In this document: positions 1 to 9,501 of the stretch, piece by piece | Numbering within the stretch: position 1 is the first letter of the stretch | Layout of the letters: each line of letters starts with the position of its first letter | Source: an uncultured virus (IMG/VR IMGVR_UViG_3300045733_000484) | Lineage: Duplodnaviria > Heunggongvirae > Uroviricota > Caudoviricetes | Direction: 5' to 3' (one strand) | Length of the DNA stretch: 64,000 nucleotides | IMG/VR virus record: IMGVR_UViG_3300045733_000484 | Made by a program: the position numbers and the translations under genes | Notes under the pieces: model-generated | What the model saw: the letters and a program-made list of their open reading frames with translations, nothing else | The model's database searches: none | Told to the model about the DNA's origin: nothing

Positions 1-1170
1 CATGAAGAATACTATATTCTTTACAAACTCTCTATCTTCTTCTATCCTTTCTTTTGTAAGATGTTCGAAGTCATAATATGTCATTGGATCTACTTCCCCA
101 TTCTGATTAATGTTTTCTACTATCATACTATCATATTCCTGGAAGATAGCATCATCTACATCCCATATGAATCCCAACAGGTTCATCATCATTCCCGGGT
201 CTCCATCAAAATTCTCGCGGATATCCCATACTATGTTACTAAAATCGAAAGTACTATGACCTCTATCAGGAATGGTAAATGATAGGTTAAGCCAGTCCAT
301 GACAATCTTATCAAGTTCGTCTTTCGGTCTATAACACATCATCATATCCTTCAGATCTCCTTTTTGATGAAGTATCTTCTTTGTGAAGACTGTATATTCT
401 CCTTTTTGTGTCCTGGAATGGAAAGCTTCCTTAAGTCTATCCATATGTTCCCTGTCATTATCATCGAGTCCTCCTACTTTACATTTCTGACACTTATAGT
501 CGTGTAACATCTCTGCACAATATTCTACACTATAATCAAAGTGATAGTCATCTGAGTCAAAGACATTGACAATACCATTCATCTTCTGAATCATAAGAGC
601 TACCATCTCGAATAGTGGTTTTCTGTAGGTGAACATCTTTTTCATCCAGACAAGCTGAGCAGTTCCATATTCAAGATCTTCCGGGTACTGAACATAATAA
701 TAGACTCCAGGATTTTCTGATTGATCCTGGAAGCCTATAGTATATACGTCAGGGTTTACTGCCCGGTATATCTCAGTTATGTACATGCCACAACGTTTCA
801 TCTTATTTGGTTCGTCATGGATAGCTTGTAACTTTTCTTCCGATAGATTAAAGTGTTCAATCTCGGATAGGAGAAGTCCATATATGTCATCTATGTTCGA
901 GTGATTGTCATTGAGAACTATCTCGAATGAACTCTTAAACCCCATCTTATCGCATACCAGTATATCGGATATAACACCTATCTCTAAGGAATCAAGTCCA
1001 GGTATTGAGAAGGGACTATCATACTTCTTGTGTCCTTTCTTATTCCGTAGTTTCCTTCCGCTTCCATTAATACTTTCCCGATATCCTGGTGAAATTGGTT
1101 TAACTTCTCTGCTTTTGTTTCTCTTGGGGCTTTGTAAGGTTTTGGTTTTCGTTTCATCCTTTCGTGCCAT
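1..1170 (-). CDS. Hypothetical protein, 3'-truncated by the window edge; position suggests a PRTRC protein F-like component
   Basis: Not in the ORF track. Read by hand: ATG at 1170 (MARKDETKTKTLQSPK...) stays open to base 1 (390 codons). Lies downstream of PRTRC E- and C-like genes, so the product call rests on synteny only. Confidence 0.6.
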   Translation of the reverse strand, partial: MARKDETKTKTLQSPKRNKSREVKPISPGYRESINGSGRKLRNKKGHKKYDSPFSIPGLDSLEIGVISDILVCDKMGFKSSFEIVLNDNHSNIDDIYGLLLSEIEHFNLSEEKLQAIHDEPNKMKRCGMYITEIYRAVNPDVYTIGFQDQSENPGVYYYVQYPEDLEYGTAQLVWMKKMFTYRKPLFEMVALMIQKMNGIVNVFDSDDYHFDYSVEYCAEMLHDYKCQKCKVGGLDDNDREHMDRLKEAFHSRTQKGEYTVFTKKILHQKGDLKDMMMCYRPKDELDKIVMDWLNLSFTIPDRGHSTFDFSNIVWDIRENFDGDPGMMMNLLGFIWDVDDAIFQEYDSMIVENINQNGEVDPMTYYDFEHLTKERIEEDREFVKNIVFFM

Positions 1171-1180
1171 TTTTTTAAGT

Positions 1181-1780
1181 TTATGTTAATATTTTAATTC
1201 CTTTGTCCCAATTTTTATTACACCATAAAGGTTGTAAGTTGGTGTAATGAAAGCATTGTTTAAGTTGGTTAACATCAGTTAAATCAAATTTTACACATGG
1301 AATAATATGATCAATGTGCCATCCATGTAGTCCATGATTTTGTAACGTCATTCCAGGCTTAAATAATGCGGATAAATGAGTAACTAACTCATCTCTTGAA
1401 CAACCAATTAATTTCATAGTTGAATGTGATATTCTATTATTTCTAAGCACCTCTCGAACTCTACATCTGGCAGCACATTCAATTCTAAATTCAGGAGAAG
1501 ATATACGTCGTTTTCGTAAATATTCATTTGCTTTAAGTTTGCTTGTAGGCTTACTGTTATAACGTTTTTTCTTTTCTTTCATCCTCTCCAGATTAGATTT
1601 TTGCCAGGTACTTATTTTGTCTTTATGATACTGTTTGCCTTTTTCACTATCTCTGAATCTTTTATTATTTGCATTATGGCAAGATTTACAATCAGATCTT
1701 ACTCCATCATGATATCCTTTATGTTTGGAAAATTCAGATAAAGGTTTTGGAATATGGCAAACAGTACATGTCTTCATCAC
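1181..1780 (-). CDS. HNH homing endonuclease with N-terminal Cys zinc ribbon
   Basis: N-terminal CTVC...CKSC; C-terminal WHIDHIIP...CFHYTNLQPLW..N..KG is a typical HNH core; AT-rich. Confidence 0.85.
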   Translation of the reverse strand: MMKTCTVCHIPKPLSEFSKHKGYHDGVRSDCKSCHNANNKRFRDSEKGKQYHKDKISTWQKSNLERMKEKKKRYNSKPTSKLKANEYLRKRRISSPEFRIECAARCRVREVLRNNRISHSTMKLIGCSRDELVTHLSALFKPGMTLQNHGLHGWHIDHIIPCVKFDLTDVNQLKQCFHYTNLQPLWCNKNWDKGIKILT

Positions 1781-1996
1781 TTAGCCCTTAGTTCCGAATG
1801 TAGAAGTTATTTCGTATGTGAGCATTCCATCCTTTTCTGTTGGCTGTCCGAGAACAGCATTAGTCACCTCAGGATAGTCTTCAGATAGAAACTCTGCTAC
1901 CTGGTCAAGGGAATATGCCGGGTTTGGATCCGGTATCATTATGTCAGTATCCCTGTTCTTAAGTTTAAACTGACGTGTTAGTTGTGTTGCTTCCAT
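1781..1996 (-). CDS. PRTRC system protein C (ubiquitin-like)
   Basis: 71 aa with PDPNP.YS...V..FLS..YPEVTNA and C-terminal GTKG, as in PRTRC protein C. Confidence 0.85.
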   Translation of the reverse strand: MEATQLTRQFKLKNRDTDIMIPDPNPAYSLDQVAEFLSEDYPEVTNAVLGQPTEKDGMLTYEITSTFGTKG

Positions 1997-2090
1997 TTTT
2001 TATTTTTTAATTTGTTACTACATATCTTACAACTACTGCATAGGAAGAAGAGCGCACCACAGAATATAGTACACTCTTTCTTGGCAGTTT

Positions 2091-2591
2091 TCATATCAGT
2101 GGTTTCTGAGTACCGGATTCATCTTCAACTTCAATTGTCTCAGGTTCATCCTCATCATAATCTTCTTTATCATAATCAGGATTATCTTCAGTTCTTTTAT
2201 CAAGAGGTATGAAGTCAGGGTTTGGTACTGTCTTCATCTTTTTCTCCGGGCCCTTCTTAGCTGGAGAGGAAGTTGTCTTTGACTTATCGCCAGTTTTCTT
2301 ATCCAGATCTGATTTCTTCTTCTTCTCCAGATCTTCGAGAGCTTTGATGAACATGTTCACGTTTGCAAATTTCTCTTTAGCTATAATCAGGGCCCCTTTT
2401 ATAACTGAAAGGATCTCCGGACTGTCAAACTCTTCCGGAGTGCCTGTAAGACTTATTGGAGCAAGACCTTCTTTGTCTTCTTTCCTGGCTTTTGGAATGA
2501 TTATCGCGGTAAGAGTACCGTTATCATTTTTCTGTACTGTAATGGATATCTTATATCCTTCCAGTAGTGTTGCTATTGACTGCCAAAACAT
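2091..2591 (-). CDS. PRTRC system protein E
   Basis: N-terminal MFWQSI...L.A.IIP...PISLTGTPEEFD motif followed by a low-complexity K/acidic tail; adjacent to PRTRC C. Confidence 0.8.
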   Translation of the reverse strand: MFWQSIATLLEGYKISITVQKNDNGTLTAIIIPKARKEDKEGLAPISLTGTPEEFDSPEILSVIKGALIIAKEKFANVNMFIKALEDLEKKKKSDLDKKTGDKSKTTSSPAKKGPEKKMKTVPNPDFIPLDKRTEDNPDYDKEDYDEDEPETIEVEDESGTQKPLI

Positions 2592-2595
2592 TTTC

Positions 2596-2835
2596 TTATG
2601 GTTTTATTTTTTCGTTCATTAATTTAATCACTGTGTCTGCTATATCTGATTCTGATATCAGATCATCACGTATGTCGAATAGATCTGTACGATCAATAGG
2701 AGCTAACTGTTTACAAAGTTTATCTAAGCGTTCTCTTGCTTTTGCATGCTTATGTACCATTGCTCCATCAATCTGAGTGAACATTGCTTTATGGTCCTGT
2801 TCTTTCATCCACTTTTCCTGCTCTTTGCTTATCAT
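2596..2835 (-). CDS. Hypothetical protein
   Basis: 79-aa ORF tightly packed in the minus-strand run. Confidence 0.6.
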   Translation of the reverse strand: MISKEQEKWMKEQDHKAMFTQIDGAMVHKHAKARERLDKLCKQLAPIDRTDLFDIRDDLISESDIADTVIKLMNEKIKP

Positions 2836-2847
2836 GGTCTATCTTGT

Positions 2848-3105
2848 TTATACAACCATATTTGGAAGGTTGATGATTACCTGAGCGACATGACCCTGTA
2901 CTTCTTTGAGGATCCTCTCTTCAGCTCTTCTCTTGAGGACGTTATCGCGGTCCTGTCTTTTGTTCGAAGTAAGGAATGCATCGATAGCATTGTTCTTACT
3001 TATCGTAGCCTGGTTAAGATCTTTTGTTATCTTGGCTATTAGTTGATTGATAGTTGTTACTTTTTCTTTTTCCATAGTTTTCGAATATGCCATCTTAATT
3101 GCCAT
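2848..3105 (-). CDS. Hypothetical protein
   Basis: Packed ORF; the start may be the Met at 3075. Confidence 0.55.
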   Translation of the reverse strand: MAIKMAYSKTMEKEKVTTINQLIAKITKDLNQATISKNNAIDAFLTSNKRQDRDNVLKRRAEERILKEVQGHVAQVIINLPNMVV

Positions 3106-3317
3106 ACGAAATATATCTCAGGATTATAGTAGTGACGCGATGCGTATGAATCATTTATATCAATAAAAAATGAATCATGTGAATGAAAGAATGATCCGAT
3201 ACGTTTATTGTCATCGTCAATGATATTGTAGTATATATCATATGCATGAAGGTGACGAAGTCTTACAAAATGATGATTGCTATCACAATACTTAATGAAT
3301 CTCTCTACTTTTCCCAC
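3057..3317 (-). CDS. Hypothetical protein
   Basis: ORF overlapping both neighbours in the operon. Confidence 0.45.
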   Translation of the reverse strand: MGKVERFIKYCDSNHHFVRLRHLHAYDIYYNIIDDDNKRIGSFFHSHDSFFIDINDSYASRHYYNPEIYFVWQLRWHIRKLWKKKK

Positions 3318-3549
3318 GTCTTTCTCCCATTAATTGGTTTATAATAGATAATACATCTCTCATACACTGTAGGTTCCATACAGTATTTCCTTTTGGAAGG
3401 AAGCAGTATTGTCTCCATGGACTATACCATGCAATCTTTCCTATCTCATCACCGGAACGGTTATTAACTACTGAGATAACATTTGTCTTCATCCCTTCCG
3501 GTACGGTAGAGTCGAAAGTAAGGTATTCAGTTTTCTTAATTAAGGCCAT
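3292..3549 (-). CDS. Small phage hypothetical protein
   Basis: G.I.WY..WRQYCF.P motif of the kind seen in small phage proteins. Confidence 0.65.
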   Translation of the reverse strand: MALIKKTEYLTFDSTVPEGMKTNVISVVNNRSGDEIGKIAWYSPWRQYCFLPKGNTVWNLQCMRDVLSIINQLMGERRGKSREIH

Positions 3550-3564
3550 TTTTGATTGATTTAA

Positions 3565-3614
3565 GACAATCTCTTCCGGGAAGGCACTATACCATTCCCG
3601 GGGTAGAGATTGTC
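3565..3614. other. Intergenic stem-loop
   Basis: GACAATCTCT-TCCGGGAA pairs with TTCCCGGG-GT-AGAGATTGTC. Confidence 0.55.
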
Positions 3615-3634
3615 AAGGTTACATAGCAGGGGTA

Positions 3635-4522
3635 CTAATTCTTGCCATTTATGTTATAGTAGTCAATGATGAAGTCACCAAAGGCTTTATTCTGACGGAA
3701 TATCATCTCATGGTTCTTCATTTCTTCAGGATTCAGAAGCCGGGTTCCTATGTTATAAACATCCCAGGCAGTCTTTATTGGGAACTTGCTTATCTGAGGA
3801 AGCTTCTTTACATAGTCCTTTGTGAAGTCACTTACCTGGGTGACATTGAAAGGAACATTAAGTTCCTCTTCAGTCTTCATATTGGCTTTTGTGGCCAGTA
3901 TAAGAAGATCACCTATGAGGATTGGAAAGTCAGACAGTTCAGCTTTCTGTTTGATCATATTGCTTATATATGTCTGATCGACCTTTCTCTTATCTTCAAA
4001 GCCATCCATCCATTCTCCCAGACGGAAGAACAGATCTTTCAGGGAAACCTTATTTGCTCCATATGTAGCCATCAGGTTAGATCCGAAGAAACATCCATTG
4101 GTGCATGCATATACATGTGAACCAAAAGCTACCTGCTGACCAAGTTGGTTGAAGTTGAATGCCAGCATAGGAGCAGTGATCTCATCTGTCATAGCATCAA
4201 TGAGAATCTTTCCTGTTAAATGACGAATTAGCTGGCTCTCCAGAGGATTTGGAACGTCATATCCCTTGGCAATATTATCGATCCTGGTTATATTTGGAAG
4301 GTTACTGCTACCACCTTCCCGGACCCACATCGGTTGTACCTCAAATTTTATGTTTCTCCTGTCCATGACCTCACATACGTCATAGATGAAGTCGCTATGA
4401 AACACTTTTGTCTTTGCTGCAGCTCCTACCTCGGATTCTTTTACTGTAGCCTTAAGTTCATCCAGAGTAAACATGGTTAGTTTATCTGTAAATTCAACAC
4501 TTCTTTGTGATTTTTCTGTCAT
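3635..4522 (-). CDS. DUF932-like protein
   Basis: VAFGSHVYACTNGCF (CxNG) motif, T.WDVYN near the C-terminus, recombination-gene context. Confidence 0.6.
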   Translation of the reverse strand: MTEKSQRSVEFTDKLTMFTLDELKATVKESEVGAAAKTKVFHSDFIYDVCEVMDRRNIKFEVQPMWVREGGSSNLPNITRIDNIAKGYDVPNPLESQLIRHLTGKILIDAMTDEITAPMLAFNFNQLGQQVAFGSHVYACTNGCFFGSNLMATYGANKVSLKDLFFRLGEWMDGFEDKRKVDQTYISNMIKQKAELSDFPILIGDLLILATKANMKTEEELNVPFNVTQVSDFTKDYVKKLPQISKFPIKTAWDVYNIGTRLLNPEEMKNHEMIFRQNKAFGDFIIDYYNINGKN

Positions 4523-4532
4523 ATTATTAAAA

Positions 4533-5360
4533 TTAAAATATCATGAATGCTGGTTTGGTAGTTCTCTTGTCACAGTCCACTACCGGGCAACTCTCACAAC
4601 GAAAGAAAGCTGGTAGTTTAGGCCATCCTGCCTCGGAATATTCAATGATCTTCTCTACAGACTTCCGGATCCTTTCGTGCATCTCCATCCTTTCAATATC
4701 GGAAGTCTCATGTTGCCATAACCGGAACTCTGGTCTTGGCTTATAGTCGAACACCCAATAACAGAATGGTGCTCCGGTGAGATATTGATAGACGGCTACC
4801 TGGGAATGATCCATAGACCAAGGATACGCCCATGATCCTCTTGTATATGTCTCCCATATATTTGCTGTAAGCTTAAGATCATGGATACATCCATCAAGAT
4901 CCATCCATACTGATTCTCCATTCTGTGTCATTGCGAAAGTATGAAGATCATGAATGAAGTCTACTGTTCCTTCAATGATGATCTCATATTCATCCATCCA
5001 TATGTTGTTTGGATGATCCCATTCTTTCTCAAAGTGTTGCTGTACCTTATCGAGCTTTATCTCAAATTCGTCGATAAGTCTTTGGAACATGACTACCTGT
5101 GACTCTATCCTTTCCTGATCGACACTCTTGGCTCCATTACGGATCCTGGGAAGATCAGTAACCTCGTCTGTCTTATCGGCGCCACCACCAAGACACAGGT
5201 ATTCGAAATATTTCCCTTTGTTCATAGCATCAGTAGCGGCCTCACGGTAGATCTTCTCCATGGTAGACAACTTAAAACGAAATGAACAATGAACTGTCTC
5301 CTCACCATTAGGGAAGAGACGTCCCATTATCGAGTTACTCAGCCTTATCTGTTTTCGCAT
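4533..5360 (-). CDS. PD-(D/E)xK exonuclease (RecB/Cas4-like)
   Basis: EGTVDF...IHDLK...QVAVY motifs and a C-terminal CESCPVVDC cluster; start moved to MRKQIRL at 5360. Confidence 0.75.
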   Translation of the reverse strand: MRKQIRLSNSIMGRLFPNGEETVHCSFRFKLSTMEKIYREAATDAMNKGKYFEYLCLGGGADKTDEVTDLPRIRNGAKSVDQERIESQVVMFQRLIDEFEIKLDKVQQHFEKEWDHPNNIWMDEYEIIIEGTVDFIHDLHTFAMTQNGESVWMDLDGCIHDLKLTANIWETYTRGSWAYPWSMDHSQVAVYQYLTGAPFCYWVFDYKPRPEFRLWQHETSDIERMEMHERIRKSVEKIIEYSEAGWPKLPAFFRCESCPVVDCDKRTTKPAFMIF

Positions 5361-6096
5361 CTTTATAAATGTTTTCCCAATGAGTAACATACTGATCTCC
5401 ATCAAGTACTGACATGGTTATTATCTTACCTGCCAGGTGAGCAAGCCGGCTTCCTGCTGCAGTATTCTCTGATGCTCTGAAAGAGAACTTAAGTGCCGGC
5501 TTTTCATCTTCCATACCTCTATATACGAATGCCACACAGTCAGCATCGGCACATATAAGACTACGAAGTTTTCCTACCAGGTCCAGGTTATCCTCTTTTA
5601 CCTCAAGGGTAGTGTCACCTATTATTGTTCTCTTCAGGTGACCAACAAAGATCACATGAGGGACGAGTTTCCTGAGATAGTTTATCCATTTCCTCATATC
5701 CAGACGAACAAGGTCATATCCCTTTCCATATGGTATCTCTGAGTATACAGTGACATATTCCGGAGTCTTTACTCTTTTCTGTTGTTCATTCCACATAGAT
5801 ACCACGTTTGCTTCAATGAACTCAACAAGTCTGTCAAGAGTATCTATTGTAGCATATTTGATATCTGTTCTTCCTTCGAGGAGTTTCGCAGCGTCTATGA
5901 AGTCCTGATATTTATCTATACGGACCCTTAGACACTGATATGTCTCTGCACCTCTCTCAAGATCGAAGATCATGTTTCCTGGTAAGTCCGCTAAGAGTGC
6001 CGTCTTACCCACTTTCGTTGCTCCGTACATGACGAAGACAACAGGATCCACTTTGTCTACCGCTACAGGAGCGATAGGTAATGTTACTGGAGTCAT
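5335..6096 (-). CDS. Sak4-like AAA ATPase (AAA_24), recombination
   Basis: YGATKVGKT Walker A, DLERG, IDTLD Walker B, VIFVGH. Confidence 0.8.
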   Translation of the reverse strand: MTPVTLPIAPVAVDKVDPVVFVMYGATKVGKTALLADLPGNMIFDLERGAETYQCLRVRIDKYQDFIDAAKLLEGRTDIKYATIDTLDRLVEFIEANVVSMWNEQQKRVKTPEYVTVYSEIPYGKGYDLVRLDMRKWINYLRKLVPHVIFVGHLKRTIIGDTTLEVKEDNLDLVGKLRSLICADADCVAFVYRGMEDEKPALKFSFRASENTAAGSRLAHLAGKIITMSVLDGDQYVTHWENIYKDAKTDKAE

Positions 6097-7523
6097 ATCA
6101 ATGGTTTCTTTTCAGTTGTTACATCTTCCATTATTTCTATCTGCAGGCCGGATCCACCAACAACCTTATCGATGAATATCTGACAGTTATTCTTCAGAGC
6201 TTCATTAATGATCAGCTGGAGCTTATCAGGGCCGAGGCTTTCTGCTCTACCAAGATATATGATAGGAGTCTTCTTATTAAGGGCTACAAGGATGTTGAAT
6301 ACCACGAACATGATCTCTGAAGTAGAAAGCTGTTCTTTGGTAAATGGAAGATCATTAAGTTTTATACCATCATCATCAATGCTGAGTCCGGTTATTGGTA
6401 TCTTTCCGGATAATATAGCATTTTGTTTACTTTCCCTGGCAGTATCTACAAAATCTGTAAGAGTGTTTGCTTTTTCCCGGGCTTCTTCCAGTTCTGTTAC
6501 CTGTAGCTTATGCTGATCTCTCTTGAGTACAGCATCGGTGACATTGTTCATCGTCTGTTGTAATTCAAGGATCTTTGTGCTAAGTGTCTCATCAACAAGA
6601 CCAGATATCTGAACGATCTTTTTATTGTATTCAGCGATTATATCAAAAGACTTACCAATTTTGACAGCAATGTCAACAGAATAATCTTTATGACCCTCAT
6701 CCAGCTTTCTGCTTTTCTCGTTAAGCCTGGTAATCTCATTTTGTAGTTCTATGATACGATCATCAGTAAGTTTCTTGTCTTCATCATAAGATAACTGTTC
6801 AGCATTCTTTGATACTACGAGATTATTATAATTGACATTCTCCAGATTAACTTCCCCTTTGTATTTCTCCAGAAGAACAAGGTTTTCCTGAGACTCTTCT
6901 TTTTGCCTGGTAAGTTTCTCCAGTGTTCCACGGTATGTGTCCTGAGCTACCCATAGAGCATCTTCTTCAGCAGTAGGAATAGACTTCTCTGCAATGACCT
7001 CAAGGGCCTTTACAGTACTGTTTGCTACAGTCCTGAGTGCATATTGCTTTTGCTCTTCTTTCTCCCACTTAAGGAACTCTTCATGATTCTCTTTCGGAAG
7101 GAGTTTAAGTACTGCTTCTCTTTGTTTCTTCCGGCCTTCTGCAGTTGTTGACCAAGCAATAAACTCCTCAACATCCACATAATTATAGTCAAAGAGATTC
7201 CTTATCTCACTGACCTTTGTTGTCGATATACCATCCGGAGCGACCATCTTGATAGTCTCCTTGTCATTGGTAAAGTCGAGTATGACGGTATACTTTTCAT
7301 TATTGGCATTGATAAATTCTCCGCGTATTTGACCTTCTTTCTCTCCCCTGGTAACAGGTTCATCTGGTTTCTCTGGCTTGGTGACGAGCTTAAGGAATGC
7401 TTTTGCAAATGTACTCTTGCCCTTGTCGTTGTCACCTTTTACAATGAATACGTTACCTCTCAGGTCTTGTTCGAGGCTACGGATCGATTTGTAGTTCTTA
7501 ATCTTCAGCTTTGTTAGTTGCAT
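6093..7523 (-). CDS. SMC/Rad50/SbcC-like ATPase
   Basis: IKNYKSI start, GDNDKGKST Walker A, long coiled coil, LSTSE signature-like motif. Confidence 0.8.
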   Translation of the reverse strand: MQLTKLKIKNYKSIRSLEQDLRGNVFIVKGDNDKGKSTFAKAFLKLVTKPEKPDEPVTRGEKEGQIRGEFINANNEKYTVILDFTNDKETIKMVAPDGISTTKVSEIRNLFDYNYVDVEEFIAWSTTAEGRKKQREAVLKLLPKENHEEFLKWEKEEQKQYALRTVANSTVKALEVIAEKSIPTAEEDALWVAQDTYRGTLEKLTRQKEESQENLVLLEKYKGEVNLENVNYNNLVVSKNAEQLSYDEDKKLTDDRIIELQNEITRLNEKSRKLDEGHKDYSVDIAVKIGKSFDIIAEYNKKIVQISGLVDETLSTKILELQQTMNNVTDAVLKRDQHKLQVTELEEAREKANTLTDFVDTARESKQNAILSGKIPITGLSIDDDGIKLNDLPFTKEQLSTSEIMFVVFNILVALNKKTPIIYLGRAESLGPDKLQLIINEALKNNCQIFIDKVVGGSGLQIEIMEDVTTEKKPLI

Positions 7524-7728
7524 CGTGTTTCTCTTTTAAAAGTTTAAAATCGTCATACTTCATTTGGATCGTTACAGTAGCACCGGGAACAATTATCTCT
7601 GTGTGTCCCTGTATTGAGGACTCACCGTATCCTGTTACTTCTGTAATATCAAAACTAAATTGCCTGTGCCTGATCCGGTACTTGTCCGGAACCACTGCCA
7701 TTGTTTCGATAGTACTGTTCTTTTTCAT
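7498..7728 (-). CDS. Hypothetical protein
   Basis: 76-aa ORF bridging the primase and ATPase genes. Confidence 0.5.
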   Translation of the reverse strand: MKKNSTIETMAVVPDKYRIRHRQFSFDITEVTGYGESSIQGHTEIIVPGATVTIQMKYDDFKLLKEKHDATNKAED

Positions 7729-8737
7729 AGTTTATTAATAAATGCACTTTGTCTTGTTTTAAGTCATGATCAATCATATACTTATACCAGTCGGCCACAT
7801 CATCAATCCCTGAGCTGCCCTTAAGACAGCAATATGTCAGAAATTTATATAGATATACAGGAGTGATATGATATTCTTTTTCAATCTTGGCCATATTTTT
7901 ACATCCTGTCTTATCGTTATCATACAGTGAGAACAGCCAATGAGCAATCTCTTTCATCTGTAGATATGTGGTGAACTTTAGTTTACCACTTTCAGAATTC
8001 ATACCTATGCTACGGATACCTGTTTGTGAATACAATGCCATTATATCTTTCTGGCCAGCCAATAACCCGAGCATATCGAGCTTTCCTTTCTCTGCAGCTC
8101 TTAAAGCCTGTTTTAATCCAAATATATCCGTACTCCTGGTATTTGACATCCACTTCAGTTCCCTTCTTTCATATGGAGAATAATACTTTTCTCCTTCGTT
8201 GATGATGATTTGGAATAATGGATTACTCATATCAGATTCTCTAATGGCATATACCCGGTCCTCAGATACCTGTTGTACCCATAGTAACGGAAACACTTCA
8301 TATTCGAGTAATGCCTCTTCATTTACACCATAGCTGGCCCAGAATTCAACCTCATGATCTTCCCATGGTTTACGTTCCCATTCAAACTGAGCACGGTTAT
8401 CTATAGTTATCTTTGGTACTATGATCTTTTCCTGACGTATCTGTAATGGAGAGTTATCATCTACTCCTGCGTCACTGGCTATCTTATGTAATGCTGATAC
8501 GAAGTCTATGTTAAACTTCAGCATCACATATTTATAACAGTCCATGGCTCCGGAATCTCCAAAGTCCTTATACATAGGAATGCCATACTTATGTGACATG
8601 AACACATTGGCAGACCCTTTATGTTCATTCCTTAGTTCAGACAGGAAGGGCTTTCCTAACTTAAAGTTTACTGAAATATATTTCCGGAAAATGTCTTCCT
8701 GGCTTATGTGTGCTTCAATGATTTCTTTTGTGATCAA
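7655..8737 (-). CDS. DNA primase (Toprim)
   Basis: S.LR.E...S..VF...YKDFG...DC..YV N-terminal domain and LYDNDKTG Toprim DxD motif. Confidence 0.8.
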   Translation of the reverse strand: MITKEIIEAHISQEDIFRKYISVNFKLGKPFLSELRNEHKGSANVFMSHKYGIPMYKDFGDSGAMDCYKYVMLKFNIDFVSALHKIASDAGVDDNSPLQIRQEKIIVPKITIDNRAQFEWERKPWEDHEVEFWASYGVNEEALLEYEVFPLLWVQQVSEDRVYAIRESDMSNPLFQIIINEGEKYYSPYERRELKWMSNTRSTDIFGLKQALRAAEKGKLDMLGLLAGQKDIMALYSQTGIRSIGMNSESGKLKFTTYLQMKEIAHWLFSLYDNDKTGCKNMAKIEKEYHITPVYLYKFLTYCCLKGSSGIDDVADWYKYMIDHDLKQDKVHLLINYEKEQYYRNNGSGSGQVPDQAQAI

Positions 8738-9456
8738 AAAGGCAACTTGTTTACAGGAGAGTTTGGATCAGTATCTGTTATCTCCGGAGCACCAAAGGCA
8801 TCGGTAACAGGAGGAGCTGAATTTACAGGAGCTTTCTTGTATTCATCAGGAAGGATCCTTCCCTCGAGTATAGCTTTCTGCTTTGCTGGAAGCTCCAGGA
8901 TCAAGTCTTTTGGCTTGACGATGTTCTCATTAAGCGTTGTGTCACTAAGGGCCCTGAAACGGCTTGGAGCTATCCTGAGAGTGAAATTATTGAATGTGGC
9001 ACTTATCATCTCTTTGTTATAGTCTTTGTTGAGATGTTTCTCATGACCAATTATACCGCGGAGTTTCTTATGTAGATGTGCTATTCCTCTTTTCTCAAGG
9101 TCTCCAAGAGGATCTGTCTCGTCAAGAGATGTTATCTGTTCACCGAAACAGTTTGTCAGGAATGCCACTACATTATAGAAGTTCAGGTTTACTCCATTGC
9201 GTGTCTGTAGTCCGGATTCCATTATCGGGAGGAACTCCAATACTTCCCTAAATTCTTCTTTCTTATCGTCTGCCTTGGATACTCCAATGACAAACATTGG
9301 ATCTTGTGTTTTATCTGTCTTCTTAAGTTCGAATGTTGTCAGCTCCAGTATATGGAACCCTGCAGGAATGAGTACCCTGTTTGCTTGTTTGACGTCTTTC
9401 TTGTTCTCTTCCAATGCTTTGTCAAGAGACTCTTTGCTAAACAATACGTTTGCCAT
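8734..9456 (-). CDS. Putative ssDNA-binding protein
   Basis: IPAG.H beta-rich N-terminus, acidic/Pro tail ending in LPF, located between primase and helicase. Confidence 0.5.
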   Translation of the reverse strand: MANVLFSKESLDKALEENKKDVKQANRVLIPAGFHILELTTFELKKTDKTQDPMFVIGVSKADDKKEEFREVLEFLPIMESGLQTRNGVNLNFYNVVAFLTNCFGEQITSLDETDPLGDLEKRGIAHLHKKLRGIIGHEKHLNKDYNKEMISATFNNFTLRIAPSRFRALSDTTLNENIVKPKDLILELPAKQKAILEGRILPDEYKKAPVNSAPPVTDAFGAPEITDTDPNSPVNKLPF

Positions 9457-9501
9457 AATGATATGATTTTTAGTTAAATAAATAAATATAAAGATATAAA
9501 A

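Noticed and set aside
61..1189. Plus-strand ORFs 61-282 and 905-1189, and similar antisense ORFs across the left arm (e.g. 2209-2622, 11628-12227, 18854-19258)
   Set aside because: They are antisense to well-supported minus-strand genes and have non-protein-like composition.
4533..5360. Cas4-like nuclease as part of the RAMP system
   Set aside because: It lies 13 kb away inside a normal Sak4/SMC recombination operon; such nucleases are common stand-alone phage genes.
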